A stretch of DNA of 33,976 nt from an uncultured Gammaproteobacteria bacterium. Lineage in GTDB: Bacteria; Patescibacteriota; Microgenomatia; JAMCZE01. Positions 6,712-14,619 of the stretch are shown here, piece by piece. Under the pieces are notes generated by a model. That model did no database searches. It saw only the letters and a program-made list of their open reading frames with translations, and was not told where the DNA came from. The stretch is from the NCBI GenBank assembly GCA_964603445.1, contig CAZRUW010000099.1, forward strand, positions 1 through 33,976, in the 5' to 3' direction. How positions within the stretch are numbered: position 1 is the stretch's first letter; every line of letters begins with the position of its first letter. The translations under genes were made by a program, and so were the position numbers.

Positions 6712-7275
6712 TCATTGGGAGTTGAGGGCAGAAATAATTAGGTTATGGACTTCTTCAATTGTTCCTGAACCGTCAACCTCGACCACTTTTCCCAGTTTTT
6801 TAAAATAGTCAATAATTGGCACGGTTTGCTGATGGTAAAGTTCTAAACGTCTCCTAATACTTTCAGGGGTATCGTCTTTCCGACCCTCAATTTTGGCCCG
6901 GGCCAGAATTCTTTCAACCCCTTCTTTTTCCGACAGGTTAATTATTATAACTTTAGAAACATCCCAATGGTAGCTGGCAACGGCGGCAACTAAAGATTCA
7001 ATTTGTTGGGCGTAACGGGGATAGCCGTCGAAAACAAAGCCGTTCCCGTTTTTATTTTTTTCCATGACGGCATTGATGGCGGGGGCAATTATTTCCTGGG
7101 GAGTGGGTTCCCCACGATCTATCAAATTTCTTACCGTCTCATTGGTTTTCGCGATATCGCGGCTGATGTGGCCGGCGGAAATAAAGATGAGGTTAAACTG
7201 TTGTGCCAGAAGCTTTGCTTGAGTGGTTTTGCCTGAGCCTTGCGGCCCGTAGATTAAGTAAATTAGCATAGGCAT
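6712..7275 (-). CDS. adk: adenylate kinase
   Basis: Has the P-loop GPQGSGKTTQA. I chose the ATG at 7273-7275, 16 nt after the secY stop and preceded by GGAAGCGAAGGA. The track ORF's 40-aa extension overlaps secY. Confidence 0.92.
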   Translation of the reverse strand: MPMLIYLIYGPQGSGKTTQAKLLAQQFNLIFISAGHISRDIAKTNETVRNLIDRGEPTPQEIIAPAINAVMEKNKNGNGFVFDGYPRYAQQIESLVAAVASYHWDVSKVIIINLSEKEGVERILARAKIEGRKDDTPESIRRRLELYHQQTVPIIDYFKKLGKVVEVDGSGTIEEVHNLIISALNSQ

Positions 7276-7291
7276 GAGATCCTTCGCTTCC

Positions 7292-8578
7292 TCAGGATGA
7301 GAATTTTTCGTAAGACCTGGTGACCAGCATTGTTTCAAACTGACGGGCAGTTTCCAAAACGACAGAGACAACAATGAGAATACCGGTGCCCCCAATAGTC
7401 AGGGTGGCGACGTTGCTTATGCCCTGTACGAAAGATGGCAGAACAGCAATCAGTCCCAGAAAAACAGCCCCGGCCAAAGTGATGCGGGTAATTATATAGT
7501 TGAGATAGTTTGAGGTGGGAGTGCCGGGACGAATCCCGGGGATAAAGCCGCCGAATTTTTGGATTTCGGAGGATATTTTGGCGGGATTAAAAATGATGGC
7601 CGTGTAGAAATAGGTGAAACCGATGACCAAAAAGAAGTAGACAAGGTTGTAGACAAGGCTGCTTGGCTGGAAAAGCCGGGATAAGGCTTGGGCGGTTTGG
7701 GAGATAAAAGGATTGGGAACCTGGCTAAGGTATTGGCCCAAAAGGGAGGGAATTAAAACCAGGGAAACGGCAAAGATTATGGGGATAACCCCGGCCTGGT
7801 TGACCCGAAGGGGCAAAAAAGTTGACTGGCCGCCGTACATTTTGTTTCCCCGGACACGGCGGGCGTAAATGATGGGGATTTGGCGAGTGGCTTCATTAAC
7901 CAGAACAATGCCGGCAATAACCAGAAAACCAACCCCGGCAAAAGCCAAGAGATTTAGGAATTGCTCGCCGGTGACGACGGAAACTGTCTGGCCAACAATC
8001 ACCGGGAAGCGGCCAATGATGCCGCCAAAAATCAACATGGAAATGCCGTTGCCGATGCCGTACTCGGTAATGAGTTCCCCAAGCCACATGAGGAGAACGG
8101 TGCCGGCGCAAAGCGTGAGAATCAAAGAAATCAAGGTGATTGGTGAAAGGACGGAGATTATATTCTGGTTTTTCAAAAGAGCGTAGGTCCCCAAAGCCTG
8201 AAGAGCGGCCAGAGGAACCGTGATCATGCGGGCATACTGGTTAATTTGCCTTTGGCCATATTCCCCTTCTTTGGAAAGAGCTTCCAGTTTGGGAAAAACC
8301 ATCTGGAGAAGTTGAAGAATAATAGTAGCATTTATATAGGGGTTAAGGCCCAGAGCCATAACGGAAAAATTGGCCAGAGTGCCCCCGGAAAAAATGTCCA
8401 GAAGGCCCAGAAACTGGTTCTGATTGAAAAGCTGTTTTAAGGCCACCAGGTCAATGCCCGGTACGGGAATGTGGGCAAACAGCCGGAAGACAAAAAAAAT
8501 CAGCGCGGTGAAAATGATTCTTTTGCGCAGTTCGGGCGTTCGCCAAGCTGAGACTATTGGAGTTAGGATTTTATTCAC
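7292..8578 (-). CDS. secY: preprotein translocase subunit SecY
   Basis: 428 aa, multi-TM and SecY-like throughout. The start codon is GTG at 8576-8578. Confidence 0.94.
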   Translation of the reverse strand: MNKILTPIVSAWRTPELRKRIIFTALIFFVFRLFAHIPVPGIDLVALKQLFNQNQFLGLLDIFSGGTLANFSVMALGLNPYINATIILQLLQMVFPKLEALSKEGEYGQRQINQYARMITVPLAALQALGTYALLKNQNIISVLSPITLISLILTLCAGTVLLMWLGELITEYGIGNGISMLIFGGIIGRFPVIVGQTVSVVTGEQFLNLLAFAGVGFLVIAGIVLVNEATRQIPIIYARRVRGNKMYGGQSTFLPLRVNQAGVIPIIFAVSLVLIPSLLGQYLSQVPNPFISQTAQALSRLFQPSSLVYNLVYFFLVIGFTYFYTAIIFNPAKISSEIQKFGGFIPGIRPGTPTSNYLNYIITRITLAGAVFLGLIAVLPSFVQGISNVATLTIGGTGILIVVSVVLETARQFETMLVTRSYEKFSS

Positions 8579-8617
8579 AGGCTATATCTTAGCACAAAAT
8601 CAGGCAGGTTTTTGTTC

Positions 8618-9625
8618 TCAAATATTTTTCGGAGCATATAATGCTCCCCGCGTCTTCCCCACTTTGACTATAAGACTTTCATCCATTAGAGCTTTGAGGT
8701 CGTAACGAAGCATCCGCGGGTCAATTTGCAGAAAACGGCGGCGCAGAAAATCTAAGGAAACCAATCGGTGGTCTCTGATTGTGTCGAGCAGTTCGCGACG
8801 GCGAGGAGGAAGCAGATCCTCGTCGGTGAATCTCCTCTTAGCAATAATTTTATCTTTGGCCTTTTTTGAAGCACTGACCAGAAATTCGAGCATAAGTTCC
8901 AAAAAGGCGGTAGCGTCGGAAGCGGCAGAATCCTCAATCGCATTGTAATAGAGAGTGCGGTTTTTTTCGATTTCTTCCTCAACAACCGTCAATCCTTTCA
9001 TTGAATAACCATTTCTAGTGAGAATAGCCAGTTGTAACAGTCGTCCCACGCGCCCGCTGCCATCCACGAATGGGTGGATTTTCTCCATAGTCAGGTGGGA
9101 AAGGACAGCTCGGACTGGAATAAGTTTTTCCCTGGAACTGTTAGCATAGGCAAGAAGGGTCAGAACCAAACCGGGAACTTCGCTTGGCGGTGGCGCGTGA
9201 TAAATCAATGTACCAGCTTGGTCAAATATTCCTTCCTGACTCTGGCGAAAAATACCAGTATATTCACTCGACAGAATGTTTCTCATTGCCCTTTCGTGAA
9301 GTTTGAGAAGGTGCTTTACCGTTATTTCTCTTTTCTTCATATATGTTTGAAGTACGTCAGTTATACAATGGGTAAGATTGGCTACCTCAACTTTTTTCTT
9401 TTCCTTGCCAGTCAAATCACGGAAACTGCTTACTTGTGCCCTGGTCAGAGGATTGCCCTCCACTCGGGCAGAATATAGAGAACTTCCCAGAATTGATTCC
9501 CGGCGAAAATTTTCTTCAACTTTAACCGGAACGTTGACGGAATCAATAGTAGCTCGATTGGCTTCGAGTTCGAGTAATAGGCCGGTAATTTTCTTGGTGA
9601 GCCGGTATTTAGGAGGAATTATCAT
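8618..9625 (-). CDS. Fic/DOC-family protein with an N-terminal inhibitory motif and a C-terminal winged helix
   Basis: Fic motif HPFVDGSGRVGR, SxxxEG motif SARVEG, and a C-terminal LLDTIRDHRLVSLDFLRRRF...LRYDLKAL wHTH. I chose the ATG at 9623-9625 (MIIPPKYRL...), giving 335 aa. Confidence 0.85.
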   Translation of the reverse strand: MIIPPKYRLTKKITGLLLELEANRATIDSVNVPVKVEENFRRESILGSSLYSARVEGNPLTRAQVSSFRDLTGKEKKKVEVANLTHCITDVLQTYMKKREITVKHLLKLHERAMRNILSSEYTGIFRQSQEGIFDQAGTLIYHAPPPSEVPGLVLTLLAYANSSREKLIPVRAVLSHLTMEKIHPFVDGSGRVGRLLQLAILTRNGYSMKGLTVVEEEIEKNRTLYYNAIEDSAASDATAFLELMLEFLVSASKKAKDKIIAKRRFTDEDLLPPRRRELLDTIRDHRLVSLDFLRRRFLQIDPRMLRYDLKALMDESLIVKVGKTRGALYAPKNI

Positions 9626-9689
9626 GTCACCAAATATTTCCAGATTTCTCCAGATAATGCAATATAGATTTAGTGTTACAATCTGTCTC

Positions 9690-10139
9690 ATGGTGCATGT
9701 TGCCATCATGAAGAGGTCCTGGGGGATGATTCCCAAGATTTTGTCCGGAGAAAAGACCATTGAGAGCCGGTGGTATAAAACAAGACGAGCACCGTGGGAT
9801 AGGATAAAGGAGGGAGAAGAAATCTATTTCAAAAATTCTGGGGAAATGGTAACTATCAAAGCTGTGGTGTCCGGATTACTTCAGTTCTCGGATCTCACAC
9901 CAAGAAAAATCAGAGAGATTCTGGATAAATTCGGACATGACGACGGTATCAAGCAAGAAAAGATTCCGTATTTTGCCAAGCTCTTTGCTGACAAAAAATA
10001 TTGCCTTCTGGTTTTTCTCAAAAATCCTCGGAGAGTTAAACCTTTTGAGGTAGACAAAACCGGTTTTGGAGCAATGAGCGCGTGGATTACTGTTGACTCG
10101 ATTGTTGAAGTGATTTCCGAGATTCATTCATCACCTTAA
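9690..10139 (+). CDS. ASCH (PUA-like fold) domain protein
   Basis: Starts MVHVAIMKRSWGMIPKILSGEKTIESRWYK..., carrying the ASCH signature I..G.KT.E.R. It is ~149 aa. The only plus-strand gene; divergent from Fic across 64 nt. The track ORF's 5' extension runs antisense to Fic and is spurious. Confidence 0.75.
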   Translation: MVHVAIMKRSWGMIPKILSGEKTIESRWYKTRRAPWDRIKEGEEIYFKNSGEMVTIKAVVSGLLQFSDLTPRKIREILDKFGHDDGIKQEKIPYFAKLFADKKYCLLVFLKNPRRVKPFEVDKTGFGAMSAWITVDSIVEVISEIHSSP

Positions 10140-10314
10140 CTGATATTTTTACGACTTTTCTTATCTCCCAAAAACTTATGCGTCTTTTATCGAGGCCATA
10201 GGCATGAAATTCCGTTGTTTTAAGATCTCTCCATTCTTGAGGCCTTACACCTAACCTGAGAGCAGTAAGTGTATCAGAATGCCAAACCTGTTTTAGAACA
10301 TCCACGCCAATCAT
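10087..10314 (-). CDS. small hypothetical protein, possibly an excisionase/MerR-type HTH
   Basis: 75 aa from the ATG at 10312-10314. LRLGVRPQEWRDLKTTEFHAYGLDKRRISFWEIRK resembles the excisionase-family pattern LGVs..t.yRw...g.lpAy..G.r..f...ei. Its 3' end overlaps the ASCH 3' end antisense by 53 nt. Confidence 0.35.
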   Translation of the reverse strand: MIGVDVLKQVWHSDTLTALRLGVRPQEWRDLKTTEFHAYGLDKRRISFWEIRKVVKISVKVMNESRKSLQQSSQQ

Positions 10315-10321
10315 TGCTGTT

Positions 10322-10327
10322 ATTATA
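10322..10327 (-). promoter_or_regulatory. -10 box TATAAT placed 7 nt before the small-ORF ATG (leaderless configuration)
   Basis: The minus strand reads GTAGTATAATAACAGCAATG. No convincing -35 was seen. Confidence 0.35.
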
Positions 10328-10440
10328 CTACTTTTCTGCAAAGCATCTTATTGTGCTCCAAAATAGGGTCCGACCCTGCAAAGACACAGCCTTCCAGATA
10401 TTACGAGGTCTTTCGAGAAGTTTCGAGATATTACAAGATA

Positions 10441-10878
10441 CTATTTTTCCACTTTTCCTCCGGCTTTTTCGATTTTTTCAGCAGCACTTTTAGAAGTGGG
10501 AAGTTTGATTGTTAGAGGAATTGTTAGATCGCCGTCGCCGAGGATTTTTACTTTGGTGACTTTTTTGTCAACAATATTGGCTTCCTGAAGAGTTTTCAGG
10601 GTTACTTCAGTATTAGGTTTGAGCGGGTTGAGATATTTGACGTTAACAACGGTTGGTCCTTCACGGAAGGATTTGTTTTTGCCTTTGCCCCGCATTAAAG
10701 GCAGTCTTTTCAGCCAGGAAGCCTGAAGGGAAGAACCGGCAAATTTCAAGCCGACAGTTTCCCGGGCTTTTTGGCCTTTAGTGCCCCGGCCGGAGGTTTT
10801 GACTTTGCCGCTGCCATGGCCTCGTCCGAGACGCTTTTTGGGCCGTTGCACAATTTTGGGAAGATTGTTCAAACTCAT
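10441..10878 (-). CDS. rplO: 50S ribosomal protein L15
   Basis: Contains RLGRGHGSGKVKTSGRGTKGQKAR. Confidence 0.95.
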   Translation of the reverse strand: MSLNNLPKIVQRPKKRLGRGHGSGKVKTSGRGTKGQKARETVGLKFAGSSLQASWLKRLPLMRGKGKNKSFREGPTVVNVKYLNPLKPNTEVTLKTLQEANIVDKKVTKVKILGDGDLTIPLTIKLPTSKSAAEKIEKAGGKVEK

Positions 10879-10897
10879 AGGTTTTAAGTGACTTAAG

Positions 10898-11440
10898 TTA
10901 CATAGGGCTCTTAGGAATTTTCTTGCTTCTTTTTCCCGGTTCTTTTTCTTTCATCTCGCCACTTTGATCTTTTGTCTCGTTCTTTGTAGTTTTGTTTACC
11001 GGTCTTAGCCTTCTTAAGGCTTCCATTGTAGCATAGACGTTATTAGCTTGATTGTTTGTCCCTAACACTTTGCTGGAAATATCTTTAATCCCGGCGGCAT
11101 TAGCCACAGCCCTGACAGCACCACCGGCAATAACGCCGGATCCCGGCGGGGCGGGCATCAAAAGAACCTTGGCCGCTCCCACTTTGACCAGAACTTGATG
11201 CGGAATAGTTGTGCCCTTCATTGGAACAGTCAGCAAGTGTTTCTTGGCATAGGTAACCGCCTTTTGGATCGAGCTTTGGACTTCGGGGCCTTGACCCAAA
11301 CCAACGCCGACACGGCCCTTCTTATCTCCAACGACCACTAAAACGCTGAAGCCGATCTGGTTTCCCCCGGCCGTTTTTTTGGACACACGATTGACCTGGA
11401 CAACTTTTTCTTCGAATTCTTTTGGCTCCTGTGAATACAT
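10898..11440 (-). CDS. rpsE: 30S ribosomal protein S5
   Basis: Contains VVVGDKKGRVGVGLGQG...APPGSGVIAGG. It has a ~35-aa Lys/Glu-rich C-terminal tail. Confidence 0.95.
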   Translation of the reverse strand: MYSQEPKEFEEKVVQVNRVSKKTAGGNQIGFSVLVVVGDKKGRVGVGLGQGPEVQSSIQKAVTYAKKHLLTVPMKGTTIPHQVLVKVGAAKVLLMPAPPGSGVIAGGAVRAVANAAGIKDISSKVLGTNNQANNVYATMEALRRLRPVNKTTKNETKDQSGEMKEKEPGKRSKKIPKSPM

Positions 11441-11478
11441 ACGAATTTACACGAATTTGTTACTAATTAACACGAATG

Positions 11479-11784
11479 TTAGAACTTAAGACCGTTTTCT
11501 CTGGCGGCGTCGGCAAATTTTTTGACGTTGCCATGATATTTATAACCGGCCCGGTCAAAGACAACAGTGGATATTTTTGCTTTCAACGCCTTTTGGGCAA
11601 TTTCTCTTCCGGCAGCGACCGGATCAACCGTTTTATTGACAGAAACCAGGGTTTGATTCTTAGTGTCATCGATTATCTGACCATAAAGATAGCGGTTGGA
11701 ACGAAAAATGACCAGACGGGGCTTTTGTGATGTACCCCGGATGGTCCTTTTGGTTTTGGCTCGTCTTTCTTGTCTGGTATTCAT
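11479..11784 (-). CDS. rplR: 50S ribosomal protein L18
   Basis: Contains RLVIFRSNRYLYGQIIDD...GYKYHGNVKKFADAAR. Confidence 0.95.
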   Translation of the reverse strand: MNTRQERRAKTKRTIRGTSQKPRLVIFRSNRYLYGQIIDDTKNQTLVSVNKTVDPVAAGREIAQKALKAKISTVVFDRAGYKYHGNVKKFADAARENGLKF

Positions 11785-11820
11785 GTATTTTATTACTAGA
11801 TCTTTTGCTTTGCTCAGGAT

Positions 11821-11840
11821 GATCCGCCAGTTGGCGGATC
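11821..11840 (-). other. perfect 8-bp hairpin overlapping the rplF stop codon
   Basis: GATCCGCC-AGTT-GGCGGATC. No U-run follows it in mRNA sense. Confidence 0.6.
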
Positions 11841-12399
11841 ACTTTGCTCCTGCTGCACCTGCAGCTTTGGCCGCCTTGCCGGCCTTACGGCGAATTGCTT
11901 CCCCAATGTAGCGTATTCCCTTTCCTTTATATGGCTCCGGCGGCCGGATCCGCCGTACCTGGGCAGCTGCTTCCCCAACCAACTGCTTATCAATTCCTCG
12001 GATATTAATTTTCGTGTTATCAAAAACCTCAAAAGTTATTCCTTCCGGGGCAGGAAACTTGACAGGATGAGAAAAACCGACGTTAAGAACCAGAGTGTTT
12101 CCTTCAAGAGCGGCGCGATAGCCAACTCCCACTAATTCCAGTCCTTTATTCCAACCCTGAGTAGCGCCCAGAATCATGTTGGCTAAGAGAGTCCTGGTTA
12201 ACCCATGGAGGGCCTTGGCTTTTGGCGTTTCGGTTACTCTTTCAACAAGTACGTCCGACCCGGCGACACGAACCTTGACTTCAGGCCGAAATTCCTGACT
12301 CAAAGTACCCTTCGGCCCGGTAACCGAAACATGATTATTATCAATTTTAATAGTAATTTCTGAAGGAATTTTTACCGGTTTTGTGCCTATCCTGCTCAT
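11839..12399 (-). CDS. rplF: 50S ribosomal protein L6
   Basis: Starts MSRIGTKPVKIPSEITI at the ATG 12397-12399. The track ORF's 27-aa extension lies in a repeat spacer. The C-terminal tail is Ala/Lys-rich (KAGKAAKAAGAAGAK). Confidence 0.93.
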   Translation of the reverse strand: MSRIGTKPVKIPSEITIKIDNNHVSVTGPKGTLSQEFRPEVKVRVAGSDVLVERVTETPKAKALHGLTRTLLANMILGATQGWNKGLELVGVGYRAALEGNTLVLNVGFSHPVKFPAPEGITFEVFDNTKINIRGIDKQLVGEAAAQVRRIRPPEPYKGKGIRYIGEAIRRKAGKAAKAAGAAGAK

Positions 12400-12550
12400 A
12401 ATGTTCTTGATATTTTGAAGATGGAAATTCTCGATATTCTTGAACTTGATGTCTTGATTTCTTGAGATATTGCTATTCAAAAAGTCAAGAATTCAAAAAC
12501 TCCAGATCAAAATATCCATTTTTTTACTTTAGGATTTCCGTAACATTTAT

Positions 12551-12946
12551 CTACCATACTTCGCAAATAACTTCGCCGCCAAGGCCCCGGTGTCTGGCTT
12601 CATTATCAGTCAAAAGGCCGGCCGGTGTGGAAACTATGGCTATTCCCAAACCACCAAGGACTCGGGGAAGTTGGGATCTTTTGACATAAATTCGCAATCC
12701 TGGTCGGCTGACGATCTTGACGTCTGTCAGGGCACTTTTTTTGTGATCATACTTCAGTTTGAGAGTCAGTTCTTTTTTAGAGCCGTCGGTTGAAATTTCC
12801 TGACTGTCCAGGAAGCCTTGTTTTATAAGCAAATTGGCAACCGACTCCTTGGTTTTTGACCATGGAACCGGAACCTCGCTTTTATTGGCAAGATAACCAT
12901 TTTTAATTCTTATTAACATGTCCCCGACAGGATTATTTGTTACCAT
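12551..12946 (-). CDS. rpsH: 30S ribosomal protein S8
   Basis: Contains [12 protein letters not shown] and ends ...GGEVICEVW. Confidence 0.95.
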   Translation of the reverse strand: MVTNNPVGDMLIRIKNGYLANKSEVPVPWSKTKESVANLLIKQGFLDSQEISTDGSKKELTLKLKYDHKKSALTDVKIVSRPGLRIYVKRSQLPRVLGGLGIAIVSTPAGLLTDNEARHRGLGGEVICEVW

Positions 12947-13128
12947 GATGCACGAACAACACCCGGAAGTTCACCCCGATGGGCCAATTCCCGGAAACAT
13001 AACCGGCAAAGACCAAACCGACGCATATAAGACCGGCTCCGACCACACAACTTGCACCGGTTTTTAAACCGGACAGTATATTTTTGTTTTCCGGTTGTAA
13101 ATTTGACGATGTCAGAAACCTTGGCCAT
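12940..13128 (-). CDS. rpsN: 30S ribosomal protein S14, type Z (zinc-binding)
   Basis: 62 aa with [23 protein letters not shown] (CxxC...CxxC). It overlaps the rpsH start by 7 nt. Confidence 0.94.
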   Translation of the reverse strand: MAKVSDIVKFTTGKQKYTVRFKNRCKLCGRSRSYMRRFGLCRLCFRELAHRGELPGVVRASW

Positions 13129-13143
13129 AATTTGATATTGATC

Positions 13144-13680
13144 TTATTTTTTAAATGGCATCCCTAAAGCCTTAAGTAATGCTTCTGCTTTGGTATCTTC
13201 TTTTGCTGAAGTGACGATCGTCACTTCCAGACCGCGTATTTTATCAATTTTTCCGTAATCAATCTCGGGAAAGACGATTTGTTCGGCAAATCCAAGGCTA
13301 TAGTTCCCCTGACCATCAAAGCTGTCAGCGGGAACACCATGAAAGTCTCTCACCCTGGGAAGAACAATTGTTGTCAGTTTCTCCAGAAAGTCGTACATTC
13401 GGCTGCCGCGAAGAGTGACAGAAAGGCCAACCGGCTCGCCCTCGCGCAGCTTGAAGGCGGCAATAGACTTCCGGGCTTTTCTGACGACAGGTTTTTGGCC
13501 GGTGATAGTCATTAGCTGTTCAGAAACAACATCCAAAACTTTTTTGTCACTTAGGGCTTCCTTGAGACCAACACTGACCACAACCTTAGTAATCCCGGGC
13601 ACAGCCATAATATTTTGGAGTTTTAACCCCTCCTTAAGTTTTGGTCTGATTTCCTGATAATATTTTTGTTTAAGATTCAT
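13144..13680 (-). CDS. rplE: 50S ribosomal protein L5
   Basis: Contains SLGFAEQIVFPEIDY. I chose the ATG at 13678-13680 (MNLKQKYYQEIRPKL); the track starts 5 codons earlier at a TTG. Confidence 0.93.
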   Translation of the reverse strand: MNLKQKYYQEIRPKLKEGLKLQNIMAVPGITKVVVSVGLKEALSDKKVLDVVSEQLMTITGQKPVVRKARKSIAAFKLREGEPVGLSVTLRGSRMYDFLEKLTTIVLPRVRDFHGVPADSFDGQGNYSLGFAEQIVFPEIDYGKIDKIRGLEVTIVTSAKEDTKAEALLKALGMPFKK

Positions 13681-13719
13681 TCTCTTCAATATCAAAAATT
13701 AAATATCTTTGATATTTTG

Positions 13720-14025
13720 TTATATTTCCTGCCCGCATTTTCGACAGATCCGCACTTTTTCTTTTTCGGTCAGTTTATATCCGACCCTGGTTACCTGTTT
13801 ACACTTTGGACAGATTAAGGCAACATTGGCAACAGGCAAGGGCCGGACAAAATCAACAATGCCCCCCTTTTGCCCATCACCGCGGGGTTTGAGATGTCTT
13901 TTAAAGACATTCACTCCGGCGACAGTGACCCTGTTGTCTTTGGGCCAAATTTTCTCCACAACACCTTCCTTGCCCAGATCTTTGCCGGCCGTTATTTTGA
14001 CTTTATCACCTTTTTTTAATTTCAT
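13720..14025 (-). CDS. rplX: 50S ribosomal protein L24
   Basis: Starts MKLKKGDKVKITAGKDLGKEG (KOW motif) at the ATG 14023-14025. The C-terminal region has CPKC...CRKC. Confidence 0.93.
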   Translation of the reverse strand: MKLKKGDKVKITAGKDLGKEGVVEKIWPKDNRVTVAGVNVFKRHLKPRGDGQKGGIVDFVRPLPVANVALICPKCKQVTRVGYKLTEKEKVRICRKCGQEI

Positions 14026-14075
14026 AGAGTAATCGTTAATATACAAATCTTATTTCAATATACGAATATACAAAT

Positions 14076-14450
14076 TTATAAGACTTCGGACGCCATGGAA
14101 ATAATTTTATTAAACCCTCTGTCTTTTAATTCCCGCGCTACCGGACCAAAGACCCTGGTGCCGATGGGATCTTTATTTTCCAGACCGTTGATTACAATCC
14201 CGGCGTTGTCGTCAAACCGGATATAGCTGCCGTCAGTCCGGCGATGTTCTTTGTGAACCCGGGCAACAACAACAAAGACAGATTGGGAATCTTTAACCAT
14301 CCCGTTGGGATCCGCCCCGTCCACGACACAACGGACAATATCACCAAGGTAGGAAAACTTTCGCGTGGAACCCCCGTATAAATGGATCACCCGGAGCTTG
14401 TGGCCCCCGGTGTTATCGGCTGGTTTTAAGATAGTTCGGCGTTGAATCAT
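14076..14450 (-). CDS. rplN: 50S ribosomal protein L14
   Basis: Starts MIQRRTILKPADNTGG and contains ...VFGPVAREL. Confidence 0.95.
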   Translation of the reverse strand: MIQRRTILKPADNTGGHKLRVIHLYGGSTRKFSYLGDIVRCVVDGADPNGMVKDSQSVFVVVARVHKEHRRTDGSYIRFDDNAGIVINGLENKDPIGTRVFGPVARELKDRGFNKIISMASEVL

Positions 14451-14619
14451 AAACTTCCCCGATTCTACGATCGGGGTTTTCTAGAGCCCCAGTTTAATGA
14501 GGCTCACGAAAACTCCAACATTATCTGATTTTGTTTCCAGTATATTAGTCAAGGTTTTAGAAAGTATCGCCTTCATCTCCAAGCTCACGCTTGGAGTTTT
14601 CTGCGAGCCGATTTTAAAT
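14451..14619 (-). promoter_or_regulatory. structured leader element, copy A (rpsQ|rplN spacer), beginning at a -10-like TAAAAT
   Basis: It is alignable to 21376-21540. Conserved blocks are shared, and three helices have different sequences in the two copies but preserved pairing (see findings). The minus-strand TAAAAT is at 14611-14616. Confidence 0.65.

Noticed and set aside
6712-6714. I considered an alternative genetic code with UGA recoded, as in some CPR lineages.
   Set aside because: TGA terminates adk, rpsD, rpsM, rplF and Fic at positions consistent with full-length proteins. No conserved gene needs in-frame TGA read-through.
7276-7395. The ORF track gives N-terminal extensions for adk (7276-7395), fusA (23661-23690), rpoC (29765-29812), rplF (12400-12480), rplC (19471-19500), rpsK (4591-4608) and Fic (9626-9760).
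   Set aside because: These extensions overlap the upstream gene or translate spacer repeats and hairpins. The conserved N-termini start at the internal ATGs chosen here.
8586-8604. I looked for direct repeats (a target-site duplication) flanking the HTH/ASCH/Fic island: ATCTTAGCACAAAATCAGG (8586-8604) versus ATCTTATTGTGCTCCAAAATAGG (10345-10368).
   Set aside because: Only about 14 matching positions remain after allowing gaps. That is within chance expectation for AT-rich spacers, so mobility of the island is not demonstrated by this.
9378-9689. The 5' part of the 253-aa plus-strand ORF (9378-10139) overlaps Fic in antisense.
   Set aside because: The ASCH signature begins only at about 9690 (MVHVAIMKRSWGMIPKILSGEKTIESR). 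The upstream 104 codons are antisense to the Fic N-terminus and have no motif.
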